From Podarcis pityusensis (lineage: Eukaryota), in the NCBI GenBank assembly GCA_964106645.2, contig OZ067047.1: 64,000 bases of DNA; one strand, written 5' to 3'. The notes under the pieces were generated by a model. That model was given only the letters and a program-made list of their open reading frames with translations, searched no databases and was not told the origin of the DNA. Below, in pieces: positions 1 through 12,967 of this stretch. Made by a program: the position numbers and the translations under genes. Position 1 is the first letter of the stretch. Each line of letters opens with the position of its first letter.

Positions 1-345
1 AAAATGTTTCATGCAAGACATTTTACATGTGCTCAGGTGCACTTTGTCCTTTCTAATCCAGCAGACTTTTATTTTATGAGGCAGAATCCCTCCCCCAGTT
101 TTTTCGATCACTAATCCTCTCTCTCTCTAATTGTTTAAGATTTTTTTTATGACATTCTTCTTGTATATGTTGTAGGTTGCGCTGACCAGTGTATTTTAAC
201 TAGAAGTGTGGGATATAACTCCTCCATCATTTATTTATTATTTTAATTTGTATGCCACCTTCCCACATAAATGAGCCAAAAGCAGCAATGGGAAGAATAC
301 ATATTAATGCATCATTATAACAGTTTAATGCTACTAACATAACAT

Positions 346-376
346 AGCAGCAGCAGCAACAACAACAACAACAACA
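346..376. repeat. (CAG)n(CAA)n compound microsatellite
   Basis: agcagcagcagcaacaacaacaacaacaaca read directly. Confidence 0.95.
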
Positions 377-640
377 TTTTTCAAGGTACCTGGTTTCAGA
401 GGTGTAATCATTTTGCACATACTCAGGGTCACACACATTCCCTTTAAAAAAAAAATACAAGGGAATACAGGTCCTGAGTTCACAAATTTTGTAAGCCAAT
501 TCTATTTGTGCAACACGTTCCACTCACAAAAACCTAGAATTTCTTGTGTAGTTTGCCGCTTTTATTTATTTTGTTTGTGGTACAGAATTCATGCTGCACA
601 AAGCAATATCAAAACATTAAAATCCTGTTTAATGGATCCT

Positions 641-772
641 NNNNNNNNNNNNNNNNNNNNNNNNNNNNNNNNNNNNNNNNNNNNNNNNNNNNNNNNNNNN
701 NNNNNNNNNNNNNNNNNNNNNNNNNNNNNNNNNNNNNNNNNNNNNNNNNNNNNNNNNNNNNNNNNNNNNNNN
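641..772. other. Assembly gap (132 N)
   Basis: Run of N. Confidence 1.
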
Positions 773-1094
773 ACTCTTCTCAATTATAAGCCGACATTTT
801 GGCAGATTAATTTATCCACTGTAGAGCAGAGACTCAGATGAATTGTCCCAAACAGAGATTCATCATCCTCATAAATATTGCAGCAGTAGTGGCAGGAGAG
901 GTCACAGACAGAAGCACTGACCTTCTGAGAGGCATGGACAGCAGTTAGAGAGGCATGGCTGGTGTTTGATAGGTTATGAGTCTGGTTGTTAGGAGCAGAG
1001 ATACAGCAGGGCTCACTACATATGTAGTCCTTCTCAATGGTTAGTTTGCAAGGGCTTGGATCCTAAGATAAACCAACTTAAAAATGTTGATAGA

Positions 1095-1245
1095 AGGACT
1101 GTAGAGCATCTGTTTTGCATGCAAACGGTCCCAAGCTCAATCACTGGCATATCCAAATTGGTTTGAGAATGTCCCTTGGCTGAAACCCTAGAGAGCCACT
1201 GCCAGCCAGCAGGGACAATATTGACTCAGTATAAGGCTCTTCCAA
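1095..1245 (+). mobile_element. Degenerate Squam3-like tRNA-derived SINE
   Basis: gtagagcatctgttttgcatgcaaacggtccc head, gaaaccctagagagccactgccag body, gactcagtataagg tail; related copies elsewhere in the window. Confidence 0.7.
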
Positions 1246-1363
1246 TGTGAAGGAACGTTTCCTTTCCCTCCCCATGCCAGCTGCAATGTGTCTCTGGGAA
1301 GCACTCTTCTGACCAATGGCACACTTGGGAGCTGCTGGCAAAGGAAAAATCACCCCCAATATA

Positions 1364-1619
1364 CCGTATTTTTCGCTCTATAAGACACACCAGACCATAA
1401 GACGCACCTAGTTTTTGGAGGAAAACAAGAAAAGAAATATTCTGAATCTCAGAAGCCAGAACAGCAAGAGGGATCGCTGCGCAGTGAAAGCAGCAATCCC
1501 TCTTGCTGTTCTGGCTTCTGGGATAGCTGCACAGCCTGCATTCGCTCCATAAGACGCACACACATTTCCCCTTACTTTTTAGGAGGGAAAAAGTGAGTCT
1601 TATAGAACAAAAAATACGG
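1364..1619. mobile_element. Tc1/mariner-superfamily (pogo/Tc2-like) MITE
   Basis: TIRs CCGTATTTTTCGCTCTATAAGAC / GTCTTATAGAACAAAAAATACGG, flanked by TA on both sides; internal 35-bp-arm hairpin. Confidence 0.9.
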
Positions 1620-1769
1620 TAAATTACCTTAAGCAAGTTCATGGGAGGAAAGTTTCTTGTCTCTTTCCACTAACACCCCCAGCAGTCTGCCTCCCTGGTA
1701 GCCCATCCAATAACCCCCACTAGGGCATTTTGTGGGAAGCAAGAGGTGGGAGATTTAGATTTTTTAGCT

Positions 1770-2080
1770 TGGGTATGGCTCCATGTTTGTGGAATCCCCT
1801 CCCAAGGGATGCGAATACAGTTCTAACAGAGCAGACTTCGAAACCCGCTTATTTCAGATTGCATTTCTTAAAAGAGTTACGGCAATGATGACTTGAAATT
1901 GTCTGAAACTGTTTTAGCTAATCCATAATGGTGTACTGCTGGTCTGCATATTGTTTTAGATTGGTGTTTTAAATGGGTGTTTTTACTGAAATGTGGTATT
2001 TTATGGTGATTTTATCTAAGATGCCTGGGGACGGGGGTGCCTTAAAAGGTAGCCTAGAAGTGATTAAATAAATAAATGTT
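1770..2080 (+). mobile_element. Old LINE2-like 3' fragment
   Basis: tgtggaatcccctccc...aaacccgcttatttcagattgcattt, then a T-rich 3'UTR and aaataaataaa tail; family assigned from recall. Confidence 0.5.
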
Positions 2081-2482
2081 TTAGATGGGGGGGGGGGACA
2101 GGATTGTGGGAGGGGAAAAACAATTAAAATGATTTTTTTTTTACTAAGGATCATCTGAAGCTGTTGTTAAGTAGGAGTTAACAGGGGACATGGGGGGGGC
2201 GCGGGAGATTAGAAACTGTAAAGTTTACTTTTGTACAGTTCAGTAGGCACGATACCATCATTTCCGTGGAAATCAAGCAGCTAATAGCCCTATTGGCAGA
2301 CATTAACTGCAGCTAGGAAGTTAATTTCAATGCCATTAAGTAGGATACCTTCCTTCTCCCAGATTTCTTTAGGAATAAAAATGGTTTGAGAGACAAACAG
2401 CGATAGGAAGAATTCAGCTTACTCACTACAGGCACAAGACAGCCAAAATTAAGTGTTCCTGTGTCCCATTTCTTTCAATGTA

Positions 2483-2571
2483 GGCTGCAATCCTATGCAT
2501 ATTTACTAGGGAGTAAGCTCCACTGAACTCAGTAAGACTTACTTCTGAGAAAACATGCATAGGATCACTGC
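2483..2571. repeat. Short palindromic dispersed repeat (tgcaatcctatgcat...atgcataggat), MITE-like
   Basis: Imperfect inverted arms; related copies at ~9720, 13372, 22998, 35575, 54645. Confidence 0.75.
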
Positions 2572-3616
2572 ATATCACGTGCGTAACTCTCCCACATATA
2601 TTGTTTACAAAAGTATTTCACTTCAGTTGGGTTGCACCACCAGTTAGGTTTTCAATTGATATGAAAACAGCTATATGTGAAAAATGAACACAACTGTGTA
2701 GTGATCATGGTGCATGGCCACATGAAGCCATACACATCACTAGTAGCTGATAACCATTTAAACTACTTTGACAAATACAAGTCAACAATTTTAAGACAGG
2801 AAAGGAGTCCAACACAAGTGTCTCTGAATGTTGAGTTTACATATTAATACATGAATGCTGGCTCTGGATATTTCCATGTCCTTTCTAAGGCCCAATGGGA
2901 CAATGAAGTGATAAATAAAATAAAATATGGTTCTGAAAATACATTGTAAGGCACTTAACAGTGAGACTAATGTGTGTCTACTCAAAGGTAAGCCTCACAC
3001 GATTTAATGGGACTTGTTTCCAGGTAAGTAGGGGCAGTATTGCAACTCTAAGTCTGTCCATACGCTAAAACCACTTGCTTAGGACTAATTCCATTGATAC
3101 TAATAATGTGTTTCTATCTTGGAACCTAAATGAAGTGACTATCTGATTACCTCATTATGGCCACACAAGTAGTATAACAGAGTATGTGTGAAGGCATTAT
3201 ACACTCAGCCTGAATTACTCAAATCTAAACTAAGTTGATTCCCTCAAATAGCTGCCAATAAATAATGTCCCATTCCCTTTGAACATCAATGTAATTTGGA
3301 TGGGGGAAAGAACAAACAACTTTATCATCTGGAAACTACCCAGGGGGTTGGAATATCAGTGGTTATTCCAGGAAACTGGATTAACAGCTCCCAAGCAGGT
3401 GAAAAACATTACAATATTTGTGTGAAATGCAATTTACCACTTAGACCTTCAATTCTGTGTATAGCTATTACTAGCAAAAACATTTATGGTACCTAATATG
3501 AAATAAACTCTCGGTAAAGAGTTCTGAGGGTAGAATATATGTATTCAAGACACAACTTTTCAAAGAATTAAAGAAGCCTCTTGCCATGGAGGTGACAATG
3601 CAGAGTTTTGGATATA

Positions 3617-3782
3617 CCGTATTTTTTCGTCTATAAGACGCCCCCATGTATAAGATGGCCCCAATTTTTTGCGCCCAAACTTAAGAAATAAATATTTTAA
3701 ATATTCCGTGTATAAGACAACCCCCAATTTTAAACTTAAAAAAACTGAGGGGAAACATAGTCTTATACACAGAAAAATACGG
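3617..3782. mobile_element. Tc1/mariner-superfamily MITE (related to 1364-1619)
   Basis: TA-CCGTATTTTTTCGTCTATAAGAC ... GTCTTATACACAGAAAAATACGG-TA. Confidence 0.9.
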
Positions 3783-4287
3783 TAATTTTAGTGAACGTAT
3801 TTCTACCATTGCATCTGTTCACTGTCCAGACGTAATTAAATCTTATAAGATTTACAGAAACCAGTTACAACCAATTTTAGAACAGAACCATCCTTTCCAT
3901 GCACTCATCTGATTCCTCAGGTTACCTAGGAGGCAGGGGCCCACAAATACAAGTGTTGGTGACCAGAAATTTTAATTCTGGCAACCAGAAGGAAAAGCCT
4001 ACTGCATATTCCCACCATGGGAATAACAAAATTCTTTCAAAATCCCTACTAGGGCAATGTCTTTATTAGGTCAACCAAAATATCACAACATAGTGTGCAA
4101 GATTTTGAGTTCTCCAGAACTCTTCAATGGGCTAGATAGTGAACAGAGCAATTGGGGGGTGGGTCATCAGCAATAGAGGAAGGGAGAGCATGCCTCTTTC
4201 AAAACGGTGCCATGCTGTGACAGCATCAATGTCATGACTTGGAGGGAAGGAGATCCTACCATAACATGCAACAAGAAAATAGAGCCT

Positions 4288-4395
4288 ATGGACCTCCAGA
4301 TGCTGGACTTCAACTCCCATCATGCCTGACCGTTATCCATGCATTGAGCTGATGGGAGAGAAAGACCTCTGGAGGGCCACAGGTTCTCCATCCCA
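4288..4395. mobile_element. hAT-type MITE copy
   Basis: cctccagatgctggacttcaactcccatcat ... ctctggagggccacaggttctccatcc; same family as 29922-30059. Confidence 0.7.
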
Positions 4396-5563
4396 GACAT
4401 ACAGGCTTGGCCCTGGCATAATCTGGTTTACAAACCCTAAACCGTAGTTTATGTTCAGATGTAATGAGCAGCTATGGTTTGTCACAAACCATGACAGGAG
4501 GGAACTGAAGAACTCATGGGGGAAAATGAGCACTTACGTCTAAGACATATTCCAGGTTCATTCACACAGGGCCCAAAAGTCAGTAAGCACCAGGGATTTG
4601 TCTGAACAAAGCCAAAGACTTTGCCAGCTGCTTCTCCTATAAAACTATTTCCCAGGACATCAGGTAAAAATGAAAGGCACACAAAGTGCGAGTGGGAAAG
4701 GTGAGCTCTGCTAGCTACAACTGGCTAAGCCCAGCTAACGTTTGTAGACCCCTCTTAGGAGGCTTGAGACTCAAATTCTCAAAGACTGCAGAATACGCTT
4801 CTTACTGCAGATTTACAACCTAGGAGGCCAGGCACAGTCATAAAGCCATAGTGACTATCTGATCCCCTCAAATCTAACAATTTCAGAACTAATATGATTT
4901 TTATTACATTGTTTAGTGTGTCTCTAATGGGATGAGGGCTAATACAACTGGTTTGCCTGGAGCCTAGAAAATGCTGCTCAGGTCATGATGAGCATGGCAT
5001 TCAAAATGTTTGTCTCCGTGATAAACTGCACTGATAATGTACATTTTGACTGCCCCATCTGTCTTCTTTTTGGAAGCTCAGAAAAATTGCAAACAGCTGC
5101 TATTTGGATAAAACAAAATCCTATTACAGATCATTTTTCCTTATTCCTATTAAACATATGGTAAACACAAGACCAAAATATATATGAATCCATACACTGG
5201 GGTTAGTCTTCCAAGTTGCAAATGCATGTTACTTTCAACCAACCTTTCTTTTTTAAAAAATAGCAGATTTGGGAGGCTCCAAATTTTATTCAAGCAGCAG
5301 TGTGGAGAGCGATTAGATTATTTTCCCACCAGCCAGCTTTCCTATGAAAATTGCTCTCTTCTTCATGGAGAGAGCATAGAATTAAAGGGCAAAGGCTGAA
5401 ACCCAGAAACGAGAGTGCATTCTACTCCTTGCTTGAGATAAGCATTGGTAAAGAGAGAGACAATTATTGTCTGCTATCTTGTAAGCAGCTAGCATTGTGT
5501 CCCATAAAAGACTGGCACCTGAACCTTAGTCATCATCCCAAATTCTGTCCTGTATTTCTAGAT

Positions 5564-5700
5564 CAGTGTTCCTCAACCTTAGGTTCCCAGACATTAGTTG
5601 GACTACAACTCCCATCATCCCCAGCCAGTTTAGTCAATGGTCAGGGATGATGGAAATGGTAGTCCAACAACATCTTTGTACCCAAGGTTGCAGAACACTG
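5564..5700. mobile_element. hAT-type MITE
   Basis: TIRs CAGTGTTCCTCAACCTT / AAGGTTGCAGAACACTG; internal ggactacaactcccatcatccc palindrome; TSD not preserved. Confidence 0.8.
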
Positions 5701-7841
5701 GCCAGGCCATTGTGACACCACAGAAATAGAATCCCAGTGCTCAAGTCAGGCTGGAATGCCATCCTAGTTCTTATCATGTGGACTTAAAACTACCCTACTT
5801 CTTTTCAGTAGACATAATTGAGTCTGGCATAATATTGAGTGAAACCATCACCACCCTTGATACATTACAGAATCCATTTATTCAAATTTCTGGTCCCCTG
5901 AATGATTTAAATTCAATGCAGGCATTTGGTCAAATGGGGTCATACAGCACTGTATTATATTTGTTGTTCACCAGCAGCACTGAACAGAAAGACAAGCTGC
6001 TGAAGGGAACGGATGAAGCCAGGGCTGGTTCCAGAAGGTGGTAACAGCCAAGGCTAAGAGACCTGTAAAGAGCCCCAACTTATTGGTGCATTGCATGGAG
6101 AACCAGAGGAGTTGAGATTATGAGATTGTTTTTAGTTGGCATGCCCTGCCTTGAGGATCAGTGTCAGCAATTTAATTTTTCCATAATGCCCTGAGCAACA
6201 CTATGTTGGGACATTGTGGAAATTTAAAAAGTCCAGCAGCTCACAAAGTTGACCACTATACAAAAGCTGTTGCTTCTTGATGGAAGTTGTGGAAACTTGC
6301 AATAAAAATAAGAGTAATAGCAAAACATAAGAAATTTGGAAGATGGGTTAAGTTTTCTTCAGCACGCAGCAGGACTATTCAGTGTATATCAGGATAGATT
6401 ACTGTTAAGAGCTGCCTGTATCCACTCTCAGTTTTTGAAAATTACTCCTATTCAGGAGGCACCAACAGACCTCTTTGCTTGGGTTTTCACTGACCATTAT
6501 TATTCATGCTGGTGGTAGCTCCAAAGCAGACTGTACCTTTGGCAGCAAAGACCCACTGCCCCCAGCAGAATAAGGTGAGGAGACACCTCTGCCAAATCCT
6601 AACACGCAAAGTAGCAGAAGAGATCATGGGTTAGGACTGCTCCCTTATCTCCCATGAGATATATACAAGGGAGTGCAGTTTTTCAACGTTCCATTTAGCA
6701 TATAGAATGACTCACTTGCTTGTTATACTGGGGATTTTTATATCTACTCCCTGTCCCAAGGGTTTCTTTGACACGGCGCACTTCAGTTTCACCCATTATT
6801 TTGCTTCTTTGATATCAATAAATCTACCGAGAATATGTAGATATGCAGAGCTGAGGCTGAGGTTACAGCCCCAAGGTTCTAATATAATACATTTTTCTAG
6901 CCCTAACTGATGTGGTACATACCAATAGAAATGTTTTTTCCCCATTAAAAAGCCATTTAAAATAATTTAATGCCTTTAGAAGTTATCCATGGCTTCTTCT
7001 TAATACAACTACTGCCAGCAATCAAGCTTACCAACAGATGAAAATATAGGGTATGGTAGGTAAAGCACACACACCATTTGTAAAGAAGCAACACGCACTA
7101 GTCCAACATAAAGATTTTGTTGGCCCTCGTTCAGCCTGACTTGCTCAAGTCCCTTGATCTTGTGCCAGTAATGAGTAACATTAATGCAATGCCAATCCTG
7201 AGCAATGAGTGAAGTTATCCCATCACTACCTTTTTTGTACTGAACAGTGGCATTAGGGTGCACCCAAGTTGATCTAAATTCAGAGCTCTCATAAAGCATG
7301 CATTCCATAAATCAGCTCTACCCAAACTGTCCCTCCGCCTAACCTCCATGGCTCGATTCCAAACCCAAGTGGTAAAATCACAGCCTGAGGGTAAAATCCC
7401 AACTTTACACAGTACAGAAGCATTTAAATTGGTTTATTCCTACAGCCTTGACTTTAAAGCATGCTTAAATTCAAGTGTGCCAGTTTACATTCTTCTATTT
7501 ATACTGATCCAACTCCAGTGAAAATCAATGTCACCAAAGATACGGAGAGCTACATACAATTCCAAAACAACACACAAAGCCAACTATTGCTCAGAAATAA
7601 TGGTGTTACAAGCAGGCAGATATGCTAGAGTGAATGTAACAAACAGGATTCCTAGTACATTTAGGATCCAGCCAAACAAAGGATTTTGAGGTGGGACTTC
7701 TACCTCAGGCTCATACAGAAATGGAAATATCCATTTCAGCAAATTGGTACTATGCAGATGCCATACATTTTCTGAGGACTGCTGTCTCAAAGTCCTGAGA
7801 AAAACTTCAGCAACCAACTTACAAAGTCTCTTTCATTAATA

Positions 7842-8083
7842 CAGTGGTACCTCGGGTTAAGAACTTAATTCGTTCTGGAGGTCCGTACTTAACCTGAAAC
7901 TGTTCTTAACCTGAAGCACCACTTTAGCTAATGGGGCCTCCCGCTGCCACTGTGCTGCTGCTGCACGATTTCTGTTCTCATCCTGAAGCAAAGTTCTTAA
8001 CCCGAGGTACTATTTCTGGGTTAGGGGAGTCTGTAACCTGAAGCGTCTGTAACCTGAAGCATCTGTAACCCAAGGTACCACTG
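7842..8083. mobile_element. Tigger/pogo-like Tc1/mariner MITE
   Basis: TA-CAGTGGTACCTCGGGTTA ... TAACCCAAGGTACCACTG-TA; near-identical inverted copy at 45426-45651. Confidence 0.9.
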
Positions 8084-10139
8084 TAAGCTAATACTTAAGG
8101 CACTGCCATCAAATGTGATCCTAAGCAGATATAATTCAGAATTTAAGTTCATTCCTCATAAGTAAGTGCTCTGAAACACAACTGTAATCATACCACAATT
8201 ATATCTGTATTAAGCCTTCCTTTTGGAATAACCTTGGAAGGATTAGGGAATAATTTTATTTAGTCAAGACTCATGAGTATTTCTTAAAATAGAAAGTTTA
8301 AAATGTGCTGTAGCAGGTTCATAGCCTTACAAAAGTATATGTTTTATAACAACCATAGATACACAGGTAATGCTATGAAACCCGAAGGGATAAGTGATTA
8401 CATAATTTTAAAGAGATGTTGCTGACTACAGTTAATACCTACTCTACTCAGCACTCGCAATCTATCAGGAAGATATCTTGTGTGCACCCCATTAAAACTA
8501 ATGGGAGCTGTGCAAGAGATGTAGAGCTTCTGCAGAAGAACTTCTCAGTCAGTTGGACCCAGGCAGTGAACTAATGTGGTGTGTTCTAAAAGAAACAAAG
8601 CAAAAATGGCATCTCTGAGACATAACAGCATCAGTGGTGCCTCAGAAGGTTGCAGCAGTACAATCCACCCACCCTCACCCACAAACAGTCCAATGGGAAT
8701 TAAGCATTCTCAATAGGCACAGAACTGAGTGTCAGCTGGAAAAAGGTGGGGAGAGAGATAGGAGCATCCTGGAGGACATGGCTAGGTAACTGGCTGGAAC
8801 TCTGCAAAGGAACACTCCCTTTAAACAATACAGTACAACAGCATTTTCTAATGTTGAACCATTGAGAAAAGTGGTAAGTACTTTTTCTTGAAATGTTATT
8901 TGGGTAGCTTTGTGCAAACCAACATTTTTGCTTTCAGTATCATTTCATAGGGACATAATTCATGGAGTTTCTTAGCACTCCTGCTTTCTGAAGAGATGCA
9001 GTTTCTGTGGTGAGGTTTTCCTCCCTATTTGTCAGGCCAGTGCAGATGAGCAGATATCCAAGTCATTATTTGGAACCCAAGGTAAGTTACCACTTGGCAA
9101 ATGGTTGCTGATATGAACCCACCAATGAACGGGATATTCCCCACTGCAGTTTAGTATCAGCAGCAGTCACACATGGAAATATCTTTAATGAGAGGCTATA
9201 TCCGCAATGTGTTTTAAAGAAAGAAAACATTTGCATTTTGTCCTTGTTGAAAAGTATTACCAACATACACAAAAGTGCCTGACCTGACATTGAGGAAGCC
9301 TAGAATGGGGAGGAACTTCTTGCTAGAGCTATTGTACTACTGTGTGGAATGTTATTATGTGAAATGTGATGTTTAGAGGATATAAGGGCACAAACAGGTT
9401 GTCAAAGTTTAGTAAAATGCACACCTCAAAAATTTTACCTAAGCTATCTGGGTTTGGGCCATTTGTCTGCTCATACAAATCTAGAGCCAGATAATATTGG
9501 AGTTTGGGTCTAGAGATATCTGGCAAGTCAAACACTAAAGCAAGTCCCTTACTTTCATCAAGTCCATGTAAGGCTGAAAGCAGCAGTTATTTAAACGGCA
9601 TTATTTCCCCTCATATTTATATTAACCGTCTAACCGTGAATTTTTATCCACAAATATTTAGTGTCACTCACGTCTTCAAAGTAACAGCTTAGATACATGC
9701 TTTCTCATTTATTTTGGTTGCAACTCCATACCTACTTACAATGGGAGTAATGCCCCCTTGAACCCAAGGAGGCTTACTTCCAAGTAGACATATAGAAAAG
9801 ACTGCATTGTTCATAAACAATATATGAGTTGTGTGTTATTTTTATTCAAAGACCACTGCAAAGGTTTGTGTGATGCAGATTAACAGCTTAATTAATTAAA
9901 TACCTTCAACTTTATTTTTTAATAGGGATTGTACCCAATATTTTCTTTTAAATTTAAAGCTAACCAGGCATAAACAATGCTGCCTTGAGTCGAGGGTGAG
10001 GCGTAAAGAGCAGTTTGGGGTACCCCCCCCAAAAAGTTTTAGCCTTACTAAAATAACTCCTTCTCGCCCATCTCCAGGCAGCCCCAAGTGAGGGAGGGAA
10101 GGGAGCTTAGACTCCCCTTCTCTCCACTCTTGATTTAAC

Positions 10140-11192
10140 ACCTGCCCTTTCAGCGAAGTCTCTCTGGCGGGCAACGGCGACGCTCCTATATCCTAACCTT
10201 AGCGCTCCCACGGCGCTGCGGCGAGAGCAGCAGGTAGGATTCCCCCTCCCAGCCGCTAAACTATTCTTGGGGTCAACCCCTGGCCGGCCCCACGCCGCAC
10301 TCCACGCTCTGCAAAAGGCCCGCGGAGCCTGGCTCGATGGAGAGCGGCGCCGCGAGGGTTAACCCTGCCGGCTTGCCGGGAGGAGGGGGGAAGAGAAGGG
10401 GGTGTTGCCAAGGCGACGGCTCCGAGTGTTCCGGATCGTACCACTGCGCAGGCGGCGCGGGGAGGTGTGGCGCAGCAGAGCCCGGCCCGGCCCAGCAGCA
10501 GCAGCCTCCTCCTCCTCCTGCCCAGTCCCCTCCCCCGCCCGGCCTGAGCGCGGTGCCGGGGCCTGGCAGCCAGCGAGCAAGTGAGCGAGGGAGCGCGCGA
10601 GTCGGAGCCTGCCGAGCCGAACGAGGCGAGGCGGGTCTCCCGAGAGCGGCGGCGAGGGCGGCAGGAGGAAGAGCTCGGCAGCGGGCTGCCCTTCCCTCGC
10701 TCGCGCCGGCGGGGTCTGCCTGAGCGGCGGCTGGGAGACAAAGGAGGAAGAGGAGGAGGCGGCGGCGCTCGGGGAAGAGAAAGCGCCCGCGGGACTGAGC
10801 GCGATGCGGCGCGGGGCCGCCCCAGGAAAGACGCGAGGCGGCAACGCGGCCTGCCTGGTGTGGCGCGGATAGAGGCGGGGACGGACGAGGGCAGTTGCGC
10901 GCCAGAGGCCGGGCTCGCAGCCCAGCTTCCTTCGGCGGAGCAGCAGAGGCCGAGCCGCCCGCCTCGCCTGCCCTGGCGGTGGCGATGTGAGGCCCGAGCC
11001 GGAAGCGGGCGCCGAGAAAGAGAGCGCGCAGCCAGCGGCGGCGAGGAGAGCCCCCCGAAGACCTGCCAAGCAGCGGCAGCGGCCCGGAGGCTGGGTCGAG
11101 CAGCCTTAGCCGCGTCAGGGCCCCGGCGGGAGCGGCGGGCTCCGCCGCCGGGCCCGGGTGGCTGCGTGTCGGAGGCGAGCCGGGCCCGGGCG
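10140..11192 (+). promoter_or_regulatory. FBXL14: CpG-island promoter and GC-rich 5' leader of FBXL14
   Basis: Sharp rise in GC and CpG from ~10140 that continues into the CDS; GC boxes; exact TSS cannot be determined. Confidence 0.85.
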
Positions 11193-12395
11193 ATGGAGAC
11201 GCACATCTCGTGCCTGTTCCCGGAGCTGCTGGCCATGATCTTCGGGTACCTGGAGGTGCGGGACAAGGGCCGGGTGGCGCAGGTGTGCACGGCCTGGAGG
11301 GACGCCGCCTACCACCGCTCGGTGTGGCGGGGCGTAGAGGCCAAGCTGCACCTGCGCCGTGCCAACCCATCGCTCTTCCCCAGCCTGGCGGCCAGGGGGA
11401 TCCGGAGGGTGCAGATCCTATCACTGCGGCGCAGCCTCAGCTACGTGATTCAGGGCATGGCGGAGATTGAGAGCCTCAACCTGAGCGGCTGCTACAACCT
11501 CACCGACAACGGGCTGGGCCACGCCTTCGTGGCAGAAATCAGCTCGCTGAGGGCCCTGAACCTAAGCCTGTGCAAGCAGATCACCGACAGCAGCCTGGGC
11601 CGCATTGCCCAGTACCTAAAGGGTCTTGAGGTGCTGGAGCTGGGCGGCTGCAGCAACATCACCAACACTGGCCTCCTGCTTATCGCCTGGGGCCTGCAGC
11701 GCCTCAAGAGCCTCAACCTGCGTTCCTGCCGCCACCTTTCTGATGTGGGCATTGGGCACCTGGCAGGCATGACCCGGAGTGCGGCAGAGGGCTGCCTGGG
11801 CCTGGAGCAGCTCACGTTGCAGGACTGCCAGAAGCTCAGCGACCTCTCGCTCAAGCATCTGGCGCGGGGTCTCACTCGGCTGCGCCAGCTCAACCTCAGC
11901 TTTTGTGGGGGGATCTCAGACGCAGGGCTACTGCACCTGTCGCACATGAGCAGCCTGCGCACCCTGAACCTGCGTTCCTGTGACAATATCAGTGACACGG
12001 GCATCATGCATCTGGCAATGGGCAGCTTGCGTCTTTCAGGCTTGGACGTCTCCTTCTGTGACAAAGTGGGAGACCAAAGCCTGGCCTATATTGCACAGGG
12101 TTTGGATGGGTTGCGCTCACTCTCCCTTTGCTCTTGCCACATCAGCGACGAGGGCATCAACCGTATGGTGCGCCAGATGCACGGGCTGCGCACTCTCAAC
12201 ATTGGCCAGTGCGTCCGCATCACCGACAAGGGCCTGGAGCTCATTGCAGAGCACCTCAGTCAGCTCACAGGCATTGACCTCTATGGTTGCACCCGCATAA
12301 CTAAAAGGGGCCTGGAGCGTATCACTCAACTGCCCTGCCTCAAGGTGCTCAACCTGGGACTTTGGCAAATGACTGAGAGCGAGAAAGTCAGGTGA
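11193..12395 (+). CDS. FBXL14: F-box/LRR-repeat protein 14 (SCF E3 ligase substrate receptor, Ppa homologue), 400 aa, single coding exon
   Basis: METHISCLFPELLAMIFGYL... N-terminal F-box followed by many LxxLxLxxCxxI(T/S)D LRRs, ending WQMTESEKVR*; near-identical to vertebrate FBXL14 as recalled; ATG in strong Kozak context (gcgATGG). Confidence 0.97.
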   Translation: METHISCLFPELLAMIFGYLEVRDKGRVAQVCTAWRDAAYHRSVWRGVEAKLHLRRANPSLFPSLAARGIRRVQILSLRRSLSYVIQGMAEIESLNLSGCYNLTDNGLGHAFVAEISSLRALNLSLCKQITDSSLGRIAQYLKGLEVLELGGCSNITNTGLLLIAWGLQRLKSLNLRSCRHLSDVGIGHLAGMTRSAAEGCLGLEQLTLQDCQKLSDLSLKHLARGLTRLRQLNLSFCGGISDAGLLHLSHMSSLRTLNLRSCDNISDTGIMHLAMGSLRLSGLDVSFCDKVGDQSLAYIAQGLDGLRSLSLCSCHISDEGINRMVRQMHGLRTLNIGQCVRITDKGLELIAEHLSQLTGIDLYGCTRITKRGLERITQLPCLKVLNLGLWQMTESEKVR

Positions 12396-12967
12396 GAGGA
12401 GGGGACACCTGGAAATCCCCACCCCTCTGGAGGGACTCAACAACTGACTGCTGCAGTGGAAGAGGTGGGGGAAATATGACTCCAAACCTGGAGGGTGGGG
12501 GAAAGTATCTTCAGTACTTGCCTGTCTACCCCCTCAATTACCTGCCATAGCAGTGGAGGTGGGAAAGAGGGAAAACCCACCATTCTTTCATAATTCCCTC
12601 CCCTGCACCAGTGGGAGACAACTGCACTCTTATATCAGCCTTCACTGTGGATGGATACAGTATCACTGTCCTTACCTTTTTCTATTGGGAATGCAGCTTC
12701 TCAATCTTTTATGCACTGGGGATGAATACAGCCCCTTTCTCCAAATCTGATTCCACCCCCCACCCCCCTTCTGCACTAGGGATGGAAGAAGAAAACCTAG
12801 CCCGCCATTGTTGTTATTTACTGCAGACCGGCTCTTTATTGAGCATGCATAAGTCTCTTTCTTTCCTACTTCTTTTCCATTACTGCTTGTTCACCCGTTC
12901 CTAGTTTGCTTTTTGTAGTCATCCACCCCTTTCTTTATATGGTATGTAGACAAGCTGTAGATAACAC

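Noticed and set aside
227-841. Poly-Cys ORF and ORFs spanning X runs
   Set aside because: Artefacts of a microsatellite and an assembly gap
10581-11192. 604-aa FBXL14 as given by the ORF track
   Set aside because: Starts at GTG; the conserved protein begins at ATG 11193, and the extension is kept only as a hypothesis
10256-11424. Long minus-strand ORFs (344, 383, 236 aa) over the FBXL14 island
   Set aside because: Low-complexity R/P/A/G translations expected from stop-poor GC-rich DNA; no domain recognised
11492-12485. Antisense ORFs within FBXL14
   Set aside because: Shadow frames of a GC3-rich CDS
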